Below are positions 28,388-37,651 of a stretch of 63,963 bases of DNA, piece after piece. The DNA lies in assembly GCA_041744295.1 (NCBI GenBank), contig JBGTLE010000184.1, forward strand, positions 1 through 63,963. The letters run 5' to 3'. How positions within the stretch are numbered: position 1 is the stretch's first letter; the number at the start of each line of letters is the position of its first letter. The position numbers were made by a program, and so were the translations under genes. The stretch comes from Pyrinomonadaceae bacterium. GTDB taxonomy: Bacteria; Acidobacteriota; Blastocatellia; Pyrinomonadales; Pyrinomonadaceae. A model generated the notes under the pieces. The model made no database searches. It was not told the origin of the DNA and was given only the letters and a program-made list of their open reading frames with translations.

Positions 28388-29038
28388 ATGCGAAATGCAG
28401 CACTTGCTCCCCAAAGCTCTCACGACGGATTCTCAGTAGTAGACATGATGGTCGTGCTCGCCCTACTCGGCGTGCTGTCGGCGCTTGCCATCCCGCAACT
28501 AATCGGACAACGCCGACTGATCCGTTCCTCTGCAATCTACCGAGAGGTTCTCACCCAACTTCGCTTCGCCAGACAGCAGGCCATGACTCAACGTCAGGTC
28601 TTCACCTTCCAGTACGTCAACTCCACCAAACAAATCTTGATCATCGATCACAACAACAACCCTGACGCCAGCGGCGTCACCGTGCTTACGGATGCTGCCT
28701 ATCCAAACACGGCCGGCAGCGTGGTGGTCAGCTCCATCTCTCTGAGTTCGGGGGGAGTCCCGACGTCTGAACTAACTTATGGAATCCCGGCCGGACTGCC
28801 GACCGGCGCGCTCGCCGATGGCGTCTCGCGAACCGGTCTAAGCTCAGGCCAATTGAATATCTCGTTCCAACCTGACGGTTCGGTTGTGGACATTAACGGC
28901 AATCCTGTCAATCGGGCATTGTTCTTCTATAACAACAAAGCCGCGAGTCACACCGCCTCCGCAGTTTCAGTTTTAGGTGCTGCCGGTCGAGTCAAATTGT
29001 GGAGGTACGACGAGAGTGTCAACCGGTATGTTGAATAG
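28388..29038 (+). CDS. type IV pilin-like minor pilin, GspH/FimT-like (module 1)
   Basis: Class III signal MRNAALAPQSSHDG|FSVVDMMVVLALLGVLSALAIP, with Asp at +5. This is followed by a GspH/FimT-type helix ...LTQLRFARQQAMT. Confidence 0.75.
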   Translation: MRNAALAPQSSHDGFSVVDMMVVLALLGVLSALAIPQLIGQRRLIRSSAIYREVLTQLRFARQQAMTQRQVFTFQYVNSTKQILIIDHNNNPDASGVTVLTDAAYPNTAGSVVVSSISLSSGGVPTSELTYGIPAGLPTGALADGVSRTGLSSGQLNISFQPDGSVVDINGNPVNRALFFYNNKAASHTASAVSVLGAAGRVKLWRYDESVNRYVE

Positions 29039-29618
29039 CACTTGTCGCCAACGCTGCACACGAACTCGAGAGCAGGGATTTTCTTTGCTTGAGATGGTTG
29101 TCGCGGTGAGTCTACTTACCGGCGGCCTGCTGGCCGTCGCGTCCACCATCGGCTACGCGTTGATGGTGAGCAATAGCGGCCGAGGGATCACAAACTCAAA
29201 GCTATTGATCGTCTCAGTTCTTGAACAAATGGAGACTCTACGAAACACACAAACGCTGACGTACGGTCAGATCGCTAACGAAGGCGGCGTTGACGACACC
29301 GGCGCTGACTGGAACTTTGTTGGTTTTCCAGCCGAGTTTCTGCCGGTCTCAAACAATCCTGGACCAGACGGGATCTTCGGGACGCGTGACGATTTGATCG
29401 ATGCCGGCGCCGATCTGCAGTTCGGGACTGCCGACGATTTCACCAATCCGCTCTTCGCACGCACAAACGTGAGTCGCCAAATTTTGATCACAGAATTGAG
29501 CCCGCAACTGAAACGCATCGAGGTGATACTGCGTTACTCGCCCGAAGGCGGCGAGTCACGCGAACTCTCCGGTGTCAGTTACTTAAACGACGATGCTCAC
29601 AGCAACTACATTCGCTGA
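29028..29618 (+). CDS. type IV pilin-like minor pilin, PilV/GspI-like (module 1)
   Basis: ATG 29028 overlaps the upstream stop by 11 nt. Prepilin motif EQG|FSLLEMVVAVSLLTGGLLAV, then ...SVLEQMETLRN. Confidence 0.7.
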   Translation: MLNSTCRQRCTRTREQGFSLLEMVVAVSLLTGGLLAVASTIGYALMVSNSGRGITNSKLLIVSVLEQMETLRNTQTLTYGQIANEGGVDDTGADWNFVGFPAEFLPVSNNPGPDGIFGTRDDLIDAGADLQFGTADDFTNPLFARTNVSRQILITELSPQLKRIEVILRYSPEGGESRELSGVSYLNDDAHSNYIR

Positions 29619-29637
29619 TTGGCAACTGATTCTCAAG

Positions 29638-30693
29638 ATGCACTCCAACTCAAACAAAGCGGCCCAGGCAGGATTTACCGTTGTCGAGATGATCATCGCG
29701 GTTACGGTGATGGCAATCATTGCCGGAGCAGTGTTCGCCTTAATGAGAGACTCGATGAGGGTGGCAAGTACTACGTATGAATTGACTGACGCGCAGCAGA
29801 GTTTGCGCACGGCCCAGGAGTACATCAATCGGGACCTGATGAACGCCGGCGATGCTTTGACGAGCATCAACAACATAAAGGTCCCGCGAAATTTTGTTAC
29901 GAATTACCTTACTGTCGCACCTGTTGCCGATCCGAGCACTCCCGGTTACGTCAATCTGGCGCTGCTGACGTCTGACAATGATGCCCCTGCCGGTACGGTA
30001 GTGCTTGGCGCAACCCCTACAACGCTTCATTCAAATCCACAGACCGACCGCATAACTATTCTCCAGATTGACCCATCGTTTACGCCCGTCGCATTAGCTG
30101 CAACGGCCATCAACCTAAACGGCAATCAGATTACGGTCACCAGTACGGCGCCGTATCGGGTTGGCGAAGTCTATTTCCTAACCTCATCCGTGGGCGGAGT
30201 GTTTGGAACAATAACCGGCCTCCCGTCGGGCCCGCCGCGGATCACCTTCAATAATGGCGACGCACTTGGTTTGAACGTTAGTGGCGTGGGTGGCCAGATA
30301 AATACAATTTCTGCGAGCCGAACCCTGCCGACCTCGCTGATGCGCGTCAAGATTATTCACTATTACGTGACTTCTGCCGCCCTACTCATGCGTCGCGTCT
30401 TTGGTGTGCGCGGAACTTCCTACAGCGACAGTTTGATCGCCGAGCATGTCATCGGTCTTCAGTTCCGTTATTTCCTCAGTCTAAGAGACGCCGGTGGCAA
30501 TGTAATGCAACCGGTTGAGCAGTTAACGACTTCCACCCAGCAAGTTGCTATTAACCAGGTAGAAGTTTCAGTCGCTGTCGAAACCCCGCACGCGCTGCAG
30601 ACAGGCGCGCGCCAACCTCTTTCGATGACTACGAGCACCAGCGTGCGCAACATGCAGTTCAAGACTGCATTGCAGCCTAGTGCCGGAGGGTAA
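29638..30693 (+). CDS. type IV pilin-like minor pilin, PilW/GspJ-like (module 1)
   Basis: Leader MHSNSNKAAQAG|FTVVEMIIAVTVMAIIAGAVFAL, followed by ...AQQSLRTAQEYINRDLMNAG, which is typical of PilW/GspJ. Confidence 0.7.
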   Translation: MHSNSNKAAQAGFTVVEMIIAVTVMAIIAGAVFALMRDSMRVASTTYELTDAQQSLRTAQEYINRDLMNAGDALTSINNIKVPRNFVTNYLTVAPVADPSTPGYVNLALLTSDNDAPAGTVVLGATPTTLHSNPQTDRITILQIDPSFTPVALAATAINLNGNQITVTSTAPYRVGEVYFLTSSVGGVFGTITGLPSGPPRITFNNGDALGLNVSGVGGQINTISASRTLPTSLMRVKIIHYYVTSAALLMRRVFGVRGTSYSDSLIAEHVIGLQFRYFLSLRDAGGNVMQPVEQLTTSTQQVAINQVEVSVAVETPHALQTGARQPLSMTTSTSVRNMQFKTALQPSAGG

Positions 30694-30708
30694 CTGAGTT
30701 TCGCCATC

Positions 30709-33660
30709 ATGAAGATTCTTGCTCCCAACTCTCTTGTTGATCCTCTGAATCGATCTCAGATCTCGCATTTAAGATCTCAAAAAGCAGTCGCACCATGTCG
30801 AGTCGACAGCGAGCGCGGCAGCGCCCTGGTGGCAGCGATCTTTATTCTGGCTCTCTTGGGCGTGATCGCCATGACCGTGCTGGGTGTGGTCACGACCGAG
30901 ACGAGAATTGCTGGAAGTGATTTGGAGCGCACAAAAACCTTCTACGCGGCTGCGTCTTCGATGGAGAAGATGACCAGCGATTTTAGCGCGCTATTTTCAC
31001 GAACGTCGCGGCCTACGGTGGCCCAACTCAACTCGATCGCCGCCTCGTCACCACCGGAGCTAAGCACCGAAGGTTTCTCCTTATATCCACAGTCGATCAG
31101 ACTCGACGTTGCAACTCTGGATTCGATGCGTCTGACTCAGGGAATTGCATCCACCGCGTATCCCAGCGTCACTATCCCGTCTGGCCCCTTTGCCGGCCTG
31201 ACGGCCAGCGTGGCGCCTTTCATTCTCGAAACCACCGCGACGTCCAACTTAAACGCACAGGTCCGCCTGAAAAGGCAGATCAACAACTATCTGATTCCCA
31301 TATTTCAATTCGGAATGTTTAGCAACGGCGACCTTGAGGTGTATCCGGGACCTGAGTTCACATTCAACGGGCGAGTCCACGCGAATGGCAATTTGTATCT
31401 GAGCGGGAATGTAACCTTCCTTGCCAAGGTCACAACCGCCAATGAAGCTGTCCGTCAGCTAGTACGCAATGGCTCTCCGCACGCTGGGGTAGTCAATTTT
31501 CAAGTAGGCGTCACAAAAGTTCAGATGACACTGGGCAGCGTATTCCTGGGTCCAAACTTGCCCGGTGCGACGCCCGGCACGCGAGGTTACTTTCCGGGCT
31601 CTCCGGCAGGAACGTCGAACACGACGTGGAAAGACACCTCGGTCGCGTCTCCCCTACTGGGTATTCCGAATCAGTTTGGCGGCCAGTTGCTGACGCGGAC
31701 GACCGGCATCTCGCCGTTGTTGCTTCCGATGCAGCTCGACGGCAATCCACCTCGCGAAATTATCAAGCGACGCATGCCGAACGACGACATCACGCTCAGC
31801 GAGTCTCGTTACCACACAAAAGCACAAATTCGAATTCTGATTGACGACGAAGCCGCTTCCGGAACCGATAGCTCTGGAATTCCTGCCGGCAGGGGCGTGG
31901 CCTTATCAACTTTCAATCCGGTGCCGCTTCCCGCGGGTGCAACCGCTTCAGGCGGCGGACGGGCGCTCTGGCGAATATCTGACGCCAGTGCTTATTTGGA
32001 CACGGCTGCGAGTTGCCTTCTGCAAGGGAGTAGCTCTGGCCCACAGGCTGACACGGTGCGGGGAATCAGGGGTTCGTCAGCTTCGTCATCGAACGGCGTT
32101 GCCATTCCAGCCGGCGCCGGAATCTCGGGCCGAATACTTATCGAGATCATTGCCGCCAATGGCTCGGCTTTTGACGTAACCACTCAGGTGCTGAGCATGG
32201 GAATGACGGTAGGCGAGCCGAATGCAATCGTACATCTGCAACGACCGTTGTGGGCGGCATACACGCAGGGCAGCAGAGATTCAACCGGTGGTAACGATTA
32301 TCTGACCTATCTGTTGAACAGCACGACCATTGCAGCCGATGGCGAGATAAAAGGCAACGGGGGTCATCCCACGCAGGACGGAACCTATGGTTTCTTGAAA
32401 AACCTGCAAGAGGACCCTGGCGGGAAGTTTCGCGAAGACACACCAGCCGCAGCCGGCGATTGGAACAGTATCGTTCCAATCAATATCTATAACGTTCGGG
32501 AAGGACGCATCACCACGGCCCTGGATGCAAACACGGTCTACGAGCGCGGCGTGATGAGCATCGTTGAACTTAACATGCGCAATCTCGCGCGCTGGGTTGA
32601 TGGCGTGTACGACGCGAACCTCCTCGCCGGGACGGGAGCAGTAAGTACGAATATTTCGGGCGCTGACGGATACATTGTCTACGTTTCTGATCGACGCGGC
32701 GACAAAGTTAAGTCTGAGCGGGACGCCGTCGGCGCAATCATGACTACCAACGGTCTGGTCGATAATGAAGACATCTATGGACCCAACACAACGTTGGACG
32801 CCGGAGAAGATGTCATCGATTTCGGCGTTGATGGTTCGGGTACCCCGAAGCTGGGAACACTGCAGCGCGACCTTACCGAGTTGCCCGATCCCGCTGCGCT
32901 CGCGGGAACCTCAGGTGCTGACAGGCTCGGTCGAGCCAACAGCGTTGCCGCCTGGCAAAACACCAATAACTACTTCCGAAGGTCCGTCAGAGTCTTCAAT
33001 GGAGAGGATCTTGTAATCAGCGGTGCGGCCGACAAACTATCGGCCACCAAAGGAATCACCATTTCGTCTGAGAACATGATCTACGTCTGGGGAAACTTCA
33101 ACACCACCGGGATCAACGGTCAGCCTGCTGGCGCCGCAACTCTTAACGATCCAACTCAGACTTTCTTCTACACAGGCAATCAGGTGCCTTCTTCGATCGT
33201 TGTTGACGCGTTCTTCCCCTTATCGAAAACCTGGTTCGATAGTTCGAGTTCTTTGTATCCCGACAATTTGGGCAAACGTATAGCGGATTTGAACGTGCCG
33301 GCTGTTACCGCTGAGACGGCGGTCAGGGCGGGCATTATTGCGGGAAATAACCTCTCCGCTCTTTCCGGACTTCCGGACGGAGGCAACAGCGCGTCAAACG
33401 AGTCACGCCTTAACGGAGGCATGCATAATTTCCCTCGCTTTCTGGAGAACTGGCGCGCGCGCTGGAACTTTGTCGGATCGCTTATCCCTCTCTATAACTC
33501 GACGCAAGCGGTCGGGCAATACAACTCAAGCTCGACTATCTATAGTCCGCCAACTCGGAATTGGGCTTTCGATTCGACCTTTCAGGATCCGAATCGCCTG
33601 CCTCCCGGTACTCCTCAGTTCCAGTATGTGCAGCCGACGGCTTTCCGCCAGATTTTCTAA
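30709..33660 (+). CDS. 983-aa PilX_N-domain protein (GspK/PilX-position subunit, putative tip/adhesin)
   Basis: The N-terminus ...SERGSALVAAIFILALLGVIAMTVLGVVTTETRIAGSDLERTKTFYAAASSMEKM matches the PilX N-terminal pattern and has no G|FxxxE. About 900 further residues are rich in Gly/Asn/Thr. It is the fourth gene of the module. Confidence 0.65.
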   Translation: MKILAPNSLVDPLNRSQISHLRSQKAVAPCRVDSERGSALVAAIFILALLGVIAMTVLGVVTTETRIAGSDLERTKTFYAAASSMEKMTSDFSALFSRTSRPTVAQLNSIAASSPPELSTEGFSLYPQSIRLDVATLDSMRLTQGIASTAYPSVTIPSGPFAGLTASVAPFILETTATSNLNAQVRLKRQINNYLIPIFQFGMFSNGDLEVYPGPEFTFNGRVHANGNLYLSGNVTFLAKVTTANEAVRQLVRNGSPHAGVVNFQVGVTKVQMTLGSVFLGPNLPGATPGTRGYFPGSPAGTSNTTWKDTSVASPLLGIPNQFGGQLLTRTTGISPLLLPMQLDGNPPREIIKRRMPNDDITLSESRYHTKAQIRILIDDEAASGTDSSGIPAGRGVALSTFNPVPLPAGATASGGGRALWRISDASAYLDTAASCLLQGSSSGPQADTVRGIRGSSASSSNGVAIPAGAGISGRILIEIIAANGSAFDVTTQVLSMGMTVGEPNAIVHLQRPLWAAYTQGSRDSTGGNDYLTYLLNSTTIAADGEIKGNGGHPTQDGTYGFLKNLQEDPGGKFREDTPAAAGDWNSIVPINIYNVREGRITTALDANTVYERGVMSIVELNMRNLARWVDGVYDANLLAGTGAVSTNISGADGYIVYVSDRRGDKVKSERDAVGAIMTTNGLVDNEDIYGPNTTLDAGEDVIDFGVDGSGTPKLGTLQRDLTELPDPAALAGTSGADRLGRANSVAAWQNTNNYFRRSVRVFNGEDLVISGAADKLSATKGITISSENMIYVWGNFNTTGINGQPAGAATLNDPTQTFFYTGNQVPSSIVVDAFFPLSKTWFDSSSSLYPDNLGKRIADLNVPAVTAETAVRAGIIAGNNLSALSGLPDGGNSASNESRLNGGMHNFPRFLENWRARWNFVGSLIPLYNSTQAVGQYNSSSTIYSPPTRNWAFDSTFQDPNRLPPGTPQFQYVQPTAFRQIF

Positions 33661-33692
33661 AAATCTATGGGGGACGGCTTGTAAAAAGGTTT

Positions 33693-33728
33693 GCGCCCCA
33701 ACAACCCGAAAGCTGTGGGGCGCTTTTA
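33693..33728 (+). terminator. rho-independent terminator after pilin module 1
   Basis: GCGCCCCA (33693-33700), 15 nt, TGGGGCGC (33716-33723), followed by TTTTAC. Confidence 0.7.
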
Positions 33729-34012
33729 CCGTCCGATTCCGCATGCAGCGTGCGGCACCACACACGGGCGGACGATCTTTTCAGAAATGGAGTCAGCTAC
33801 ATTGGAGTTGTGCAAGTCTCACATCAAAGGAAAAGGTCAAAAGGAGCTGGGTTTCCAGAGAGCGTGCGACTTTTTCTTATCCCGTCGCCTGTTGTCGGCC
33901 AGGAACGAAGAAATTAGGAAACCGTCTTCCCTCATCGTTACTGAAGGTGACGCCGACCTTCGCAAGACCAGAAACCCCAGCGTTCATTCCCTTGTTTTTG
34001 GGGTGTTCACAG

Positions 34013-34029
34013 TTGGCATGACCGTTGCT
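34013..34029 (+). promoter_or_regulatory. putative sigma-54 (-24/-12) promoter of pilin module 2
   Basis: TTGGCATGACCGTTGCT gives TGGCAT-N5-TTGCT, with GG at 34015-16 and GC at 34027-28. It lies ~60 nt upstream of ATG 34090, which is preceded by GGAGGA. Confidence 0.65.
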
Positions 34030-34089
34030 AAAAAGGCTTCAGTACAGGTCCCGCCAGGATCTCTCAGGCGAAAGTGAATTGGAGGAACG

Positions 34090-35136
34090 ATGGCCGTCGA
34101 TCGAATCAAACTCAGAAATCGAAAGCATGAGCAGACTGGCTTCAGCATGGTTCAACTGCTGATTACAGTGGCCGTCGTGGCAATCGTTTCGGGCATAGCG
34201 GTGCTGGGTATCGCGTCAGCCCGTCAACGTATCAGGTTGACGAACTCATCGCGGCTATTGGCGAGTTATCTGGAGAAGGCCCGGGTAGATTCGGTGCGGC
34301 GCCATGCGCTGGCAACGGAAGAGATGTCAGCGGTAACACTGCTTAACAGTTTCTCTTACCGCGTGACAATGGACTTCGACGGGGATGGAACGCTTGAGAC
34401 TCGCAACATCACACTCGACGATGGCGTTGTGATCGCAACCAATCCTCTGCCACCGGCCATAACGTTTGATTGGCGAGGCAGACTGACTGGGACAACCGAG
34501 AACAAGATCAGCATAACTTTGCAATACGGCAACCTGGCATCAGACCAGCGCAGTATCGACGTGACGCGATCAGGCGACGTGACCATCGACAGTGATGTGT
34601 ACCTCGATGACGTTCCCAACGTAAATGTTAACGTCAGCGGCTTGACCGGCGTAGATTCAGGCTCCACCATAAACGGCAACAGCACCGCGACACCTACTCC
34701 GACGCCCACGCCGGAACCAACCCCAACGCCCTCGGTTACTCCAACTCCGACTCCAACTCCCACGCCGATACCGACGCCGACGCCAACTCCGACACCGACG
34801 CCGATACCGACGCCAACACCTACGCCGACTCCGACGCCTACGCCGACGCCGACGCCGACACCAACGCCGACACCGTCGCCAAGTCCTACTCCGTGCGTTG
34901 CGAACCCGACGCCGCCTTCTCTCTCAATTCGAAAGAACGGTGGCACGGGAACGGTGAGCTGGTCCGTCTCGAGCGGCAGCGTAAGCTTCAGTAGCGGGCC
35001 GAGCAACTTACAGGTGACGCAGACTGCGACCAACAACTTCTCCATCACTTCGCTCAACAACTCGCGCGGTGACTTTACGGCCGTCTTTAGCACACCGTGC
35101 GGCAATCGAAACTATGTTGTTAGCGTGACTAACTAG
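34090..35136 (+). CDS. modular GspH/FimT-like pilin with Thr-Pro stalk and C-terminal domain (module 2)
   Basis: Leader [17 protein letters not shown]|[18 protein letters not shown], with Gln at +5. The GspH-like helix is [17 protein letters not shown] ~68-aa (TP)n linker and an ~80-aa Cys...Cys C-terminal module follow. Confidence 0.75.
   Translation: MAVDRIKLRNRKHEQTGFSMVQLLITVAVVAIVSGIAVLGIASARQRIRLTNSSRLLASYLEKARVDSVRRHALATEEMSAVTLLNSFSYRVTMDFDGDGTLETRNITLDDGVVIATNPLPPAITFDWRGRLTGTTENKISITLQYGNLASDQRSIDVTRSGDVTIDSDVYLDDVPNVNVNVSGLTGVDSGSTINGNSTATPTPTPTPEPTPTPSVTPTPTPTPTPIPTPTPTPTPTPIPTPTPTPTPTPTPTPTPTPTPTPSPSPTPCVANPTPPSLSIRKNGGTGTVSWSVSSGSVSFSSGPSNLQVTQTATNNFSITSLNNSRGDFTAVFSTPCGNRNYVVSVTN
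34690..34893 (+). repeat. in-frame ACNCCN hexanucleotide tract encoding the (Thr-Pro)n linker
   Basis: About 204 bp of degenerate acg-ccg / aca-ccg / act-ccg repeats read [32 protein letters not shown]...TPSPSPTP. Confidence 0.9.
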
Positions 35137-35163
35137 GTCAGCCTGAAACTGGAATAAAAACAG

Positions 35164-35607
35164 ATGCGCCAGAACTTTCGACAAACCGAAAAACAGGGTC
35201 AGGCAGGTTTCACGCTGCTGGAGACGACCATGGCTCTCGTAGTCATGATGATTGCCGGGCTGGGCATCGTTGCCGTGTTCTCTTTTGCGATCAAGAACAA
35301 TACCGGCGCGCGAGACAGGGCTTCTGCGATCGCGGTGGCCCAACAAGAGCTCGAGCGCTTGCGAAATCTGTCTTACAACGATGCTGCGCTAAACACTACC
35401 TCAACGCCACTAACATCCACGGTTGACAGTGGCGGTCGCTCTTTCACTCTTCGCACTACGATCACGACCGACGCAACGACCTCGCTAAAAACGATCCAGG
35501 TACAGGTTACGCCCGCCAGCGGCACCACCACCTGGGCGCTCGGCAGCGTCACGATAGTTTCTCAACGCGCGCCCTTCTCGCTCGGCGCCTACAGCGGTGG
35601 ACCGTGA
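35164..35607 (+). CDS. type IV pilin-like minor pilin, PilV/GspI-like (module 2)
   Basis: Leader MRQNFRQTEKQGQAG|FTLLETTMALVVMMIAGLGIVAVF, then ...AIAVAQQELERLRN. Confidence 0.75.
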   Translation: MRQNFRQTEKQGQAGFTLLETTMALVVMMIAGLGIVAVFSFAIKNNTGARDRASAIAVAQQELERLRNLSYNDAALNTTSTPLTSTVDSGGRSFTLRTTITTDATTSLKTIQVQVTPASGTTTWALGSVTIVSQRAPFSLGAYSGGP

Positions 35608-36311
35608 TGAAAGAAAATCAGAACATGCCGAACTCAAATAGAAACACTCAAGCCGGTTTCTCGCTGGTTGAACTAATAATAGCGATGTCGGTAACGCTCG
35701 TGATTGCCGGCATAGCCAGCACGCTGGTGGGAAGCTCATTCCGGTTGCGCGCTCGCGAAGATGTCCGCTCGGACGCGGTTGCGGATGCGCAACGTGCGCT
35801 CAATATCGTGTCCCGCGAAATAGCAAATTCGGGTTTCGGATTGATCGACAACGGAATAGTGCCGGGCGATACAAACGCGGTAGGCATTCGCTTTCGTTCG
35901 AACTTGAATGCCTATACGCGCGACGCGTCCGGGAATGCGGTGGCCGGTAGCAGCACCATTTCTGAAGCTGATGAAGATATCAAGTACTCGATGTACAACG
36001 ATATCGAGGCGAACCGGCATTATCTGGTTCGTTACGATGTAATCCTGGGAGCCGGAGATTCGCGAAATGGCACCACCGTCCTGGCAAATCGCATCGATAG
36101 TTTCAACCTGCGCTATTTCGATTCGACCGGCACTGAACTGGACGTCGCAACTAATCCAAATCTATTGGTGAGTGCCTGGAAAGTGAGAATCACAGTGAGT
36201 GTGAATCTTCCTGAGCAAGGTACCGTCGGCTCGCCCGGCTATCAACCGGCGTCGTCGCTGGGACTTACTTCTGACGTCGTCCTGCGCAATGCCAGTCAGA
36301 TAACCTTTTAA
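35607..36311 (+). CDS. type IV pilin-like minor pilin, PilW/GspJ-like (module 2)
   Basis: ATG 35607 overlaps the upstream TGA. Motif ...NRNTQAG|FSLVELIIAMSVTLVIAGIAS, then ...DAQRALNIVSREIANSG. Confidence 0.75.
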   Translation: MKENQNMPNSNRNTQAGFSLVELIIAMSVTLVIAGIASTLVGSSFRLRAREDVRSDAVADAQRALNIVSREIANSGFGLIDNGIVPGDTNAVGIRFRSNLNAYTRDASGNAVAGSSTISEADEDIKYSMYNDIEANRHYLVRYDVILGAGDSRNGTTVLANRIDSFNLRYFDSTGTELDVATNPNLLVSAWKVRITVSVNLPEQGTVGSPGYQPASSLGLTSDVVLRNASQITF

Positions 36312-36338
36312 CTCGACGTGCGGAGAAGGAATTCGATC

Positions 36339-37610
36339 ATGGAAAACACCAGACCACTTGGGCTTTCGGCAGACCGGGGAGATGAGCGTGGCGCTGCGTT
36401 AGTCACCAGCATTTTGATCTCGACACTGTTGTTGACGGTTGCGGGTGCTGTAATTTTGACGAGTGGCATGTCTGCTACCACTGCCATTGAATCTACTGCT
36501 GAAGTCCAGGCCTACTACGGCGCAGAATCCGGCTTGGAGTCGACGCTGAACGTGTTGCGCGGTAACGTCGCACCAGTAGCGGGTGGTAGTGGGCAGAGAA
36601 TGGGATTTCGCAACGCCGTCGATACCAGCAAGGCAAATCATCCAAACGATCATTCCACCAGGTCGAGCCTGTCCAGGTGGCTGCCATATGGAGCCAACAG
36701 TCGAGTTACTCCCGCGGGCGCAAATTTTTCCTATGCCGTTGCCATCAGCGACCCTGATGATCCAACCGGAGCCCAACTCGCGGATGCAAGCTATCGGCCG
36801 ACTCGGCTAGTGGTCCAATCCACCGGCTACGGTCCGAACGGATCGGTAAAGCGGATGGAGATGGTGATCCAGAAGACGGAATTTGACTTTAATCCAAATG
36901 CGATGCTGCTAATGCGAGGCGCAGAAAGTGGCATCAAAATGAACTTCGACATTGGCAGCAGTAATTCGAAGTACTATTCCGGGCACGACAATGCCGGCGT
37001 TGAAGGCAACTTGCCGACATTTGGCGTTACTTCGGATGGAGATGCAACGGCGGCCAATGAGGCAATCACTAAGGGCAGCACCGTGGCAAACGAAAAGGTG
37101 GCTAAGATAGGCGTCGGATCCCTGCCCTCGTTTCTGCAGACCACGGAAGGTCCAACCGGCGCGCGAGCCTTCCTTAACGACATGCAGGCAATCGCTCGAA
37201 GCATGGGCCGCTACTACAACTCGTTTAGTGGCTACGCAGGTACTACGGCTTCCCCGAAATTCACCTTTGTTAATGGAGACTGCACGCTGGAGGGTGGGGC
37301 CGGAATGCTGGTGGTTACTGGTGATCTTGTCTTGAGTGGCAATCCTAGTTTCAACGGAATCATCCTCGTTCTCGGAGAGGGCACCATTAATCGAAACGGC
37401 GGCGGCAATGGCAACATCTACGGAACGATTTACGTTGCCAGGTTTGCCCGCTCGTGGCCCGCCAGTGAGAACGGTAACCCGCATCCGTTCCTCGCCCCAA
37501 GCTTCTATACCAACGGCGGCGGTACTGCTGAGCTGCGCTACGACTCGGTAGCGGTGCAAGCAGGCAAAGACGTTCTGGGCACTATTGTGCGAGACATTCG
37601 CGAGTTCTAG
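36339..37610 (+). CDS. PilX_N-domain protein (GspK/PilX-position subunit, module 2)
   Basis: ATG 36339 follows GGAGAAGGA. The N-terminus DERGAALVTSILISTLLLTVAGAVILTSGMSATTAIESTAEVQAYYGAESGLE fits PilX_N. There is a C-terminal G-rich beta-like repeat (LVVTGDLVLSGNPSFNGIILVLGEGTINRNGGGNGNIYGTIYVA). Confidence 0.7.
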   Translation: MENTRPLGLSADRGDERGAALVTSILISTLLLTVAGAVILTSGMSATTAIESTAEVQAYYGAESGLESTLNVLRGNVAPVAGGSGQRMGFRNAVDTSKANHPNDHSTRSSLSRWLPYGANSRVTPAGANFSYAVAISDPDDPTGAQLADASYRPTRLVVQSTGYGPNGSVKRMEMVIQKTEFDFNPNAMLLMRGAESGIKMNFDIGSSNSKYYSGHDNAGVEGNLPTFGVTSDGDATAANEAITKGSTVANEKVAKIGVGSLPSFLQTTEGPTGARAFLNDMQAIARSMGRYYNSFSGYAGTTASPKFTFVNGDCTLEGGAGMLVVTGDLVLSGNPSFNGIILVLGEGTINRNGGGNGNIYGTIYVARFARSWPASENGNPHPFLAPSFYTNGGGTAELRYDSVAVQAGKDVLGTIVRDIREF

Positions 37611-37651
37611 ACCTGGTGGCGAACGGCTGCAGACGGATGTGGAGTCAAGCA

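Noticed and set aside
33338-34077. Three overlapping plus-strand ORFs (118-227 aa) in the spacer between the two pilin modules
   Set aside because: They start inside or run through the end of the 983-aa gene and its terminator. They overlap each other in different frames and are Arg/Ser-rich with no SD. The region is better explained as terminator, regulatory spacer and sigma-54 promoter.
34356-35105. 249-aa minus-strand ORF with a long GVGVGVGV run
   Set aside because: It is the antisense reading of the Thr-Pro linker and pilin gene. The plus-strand gene has a class III signal peptide, an SD and operon context.
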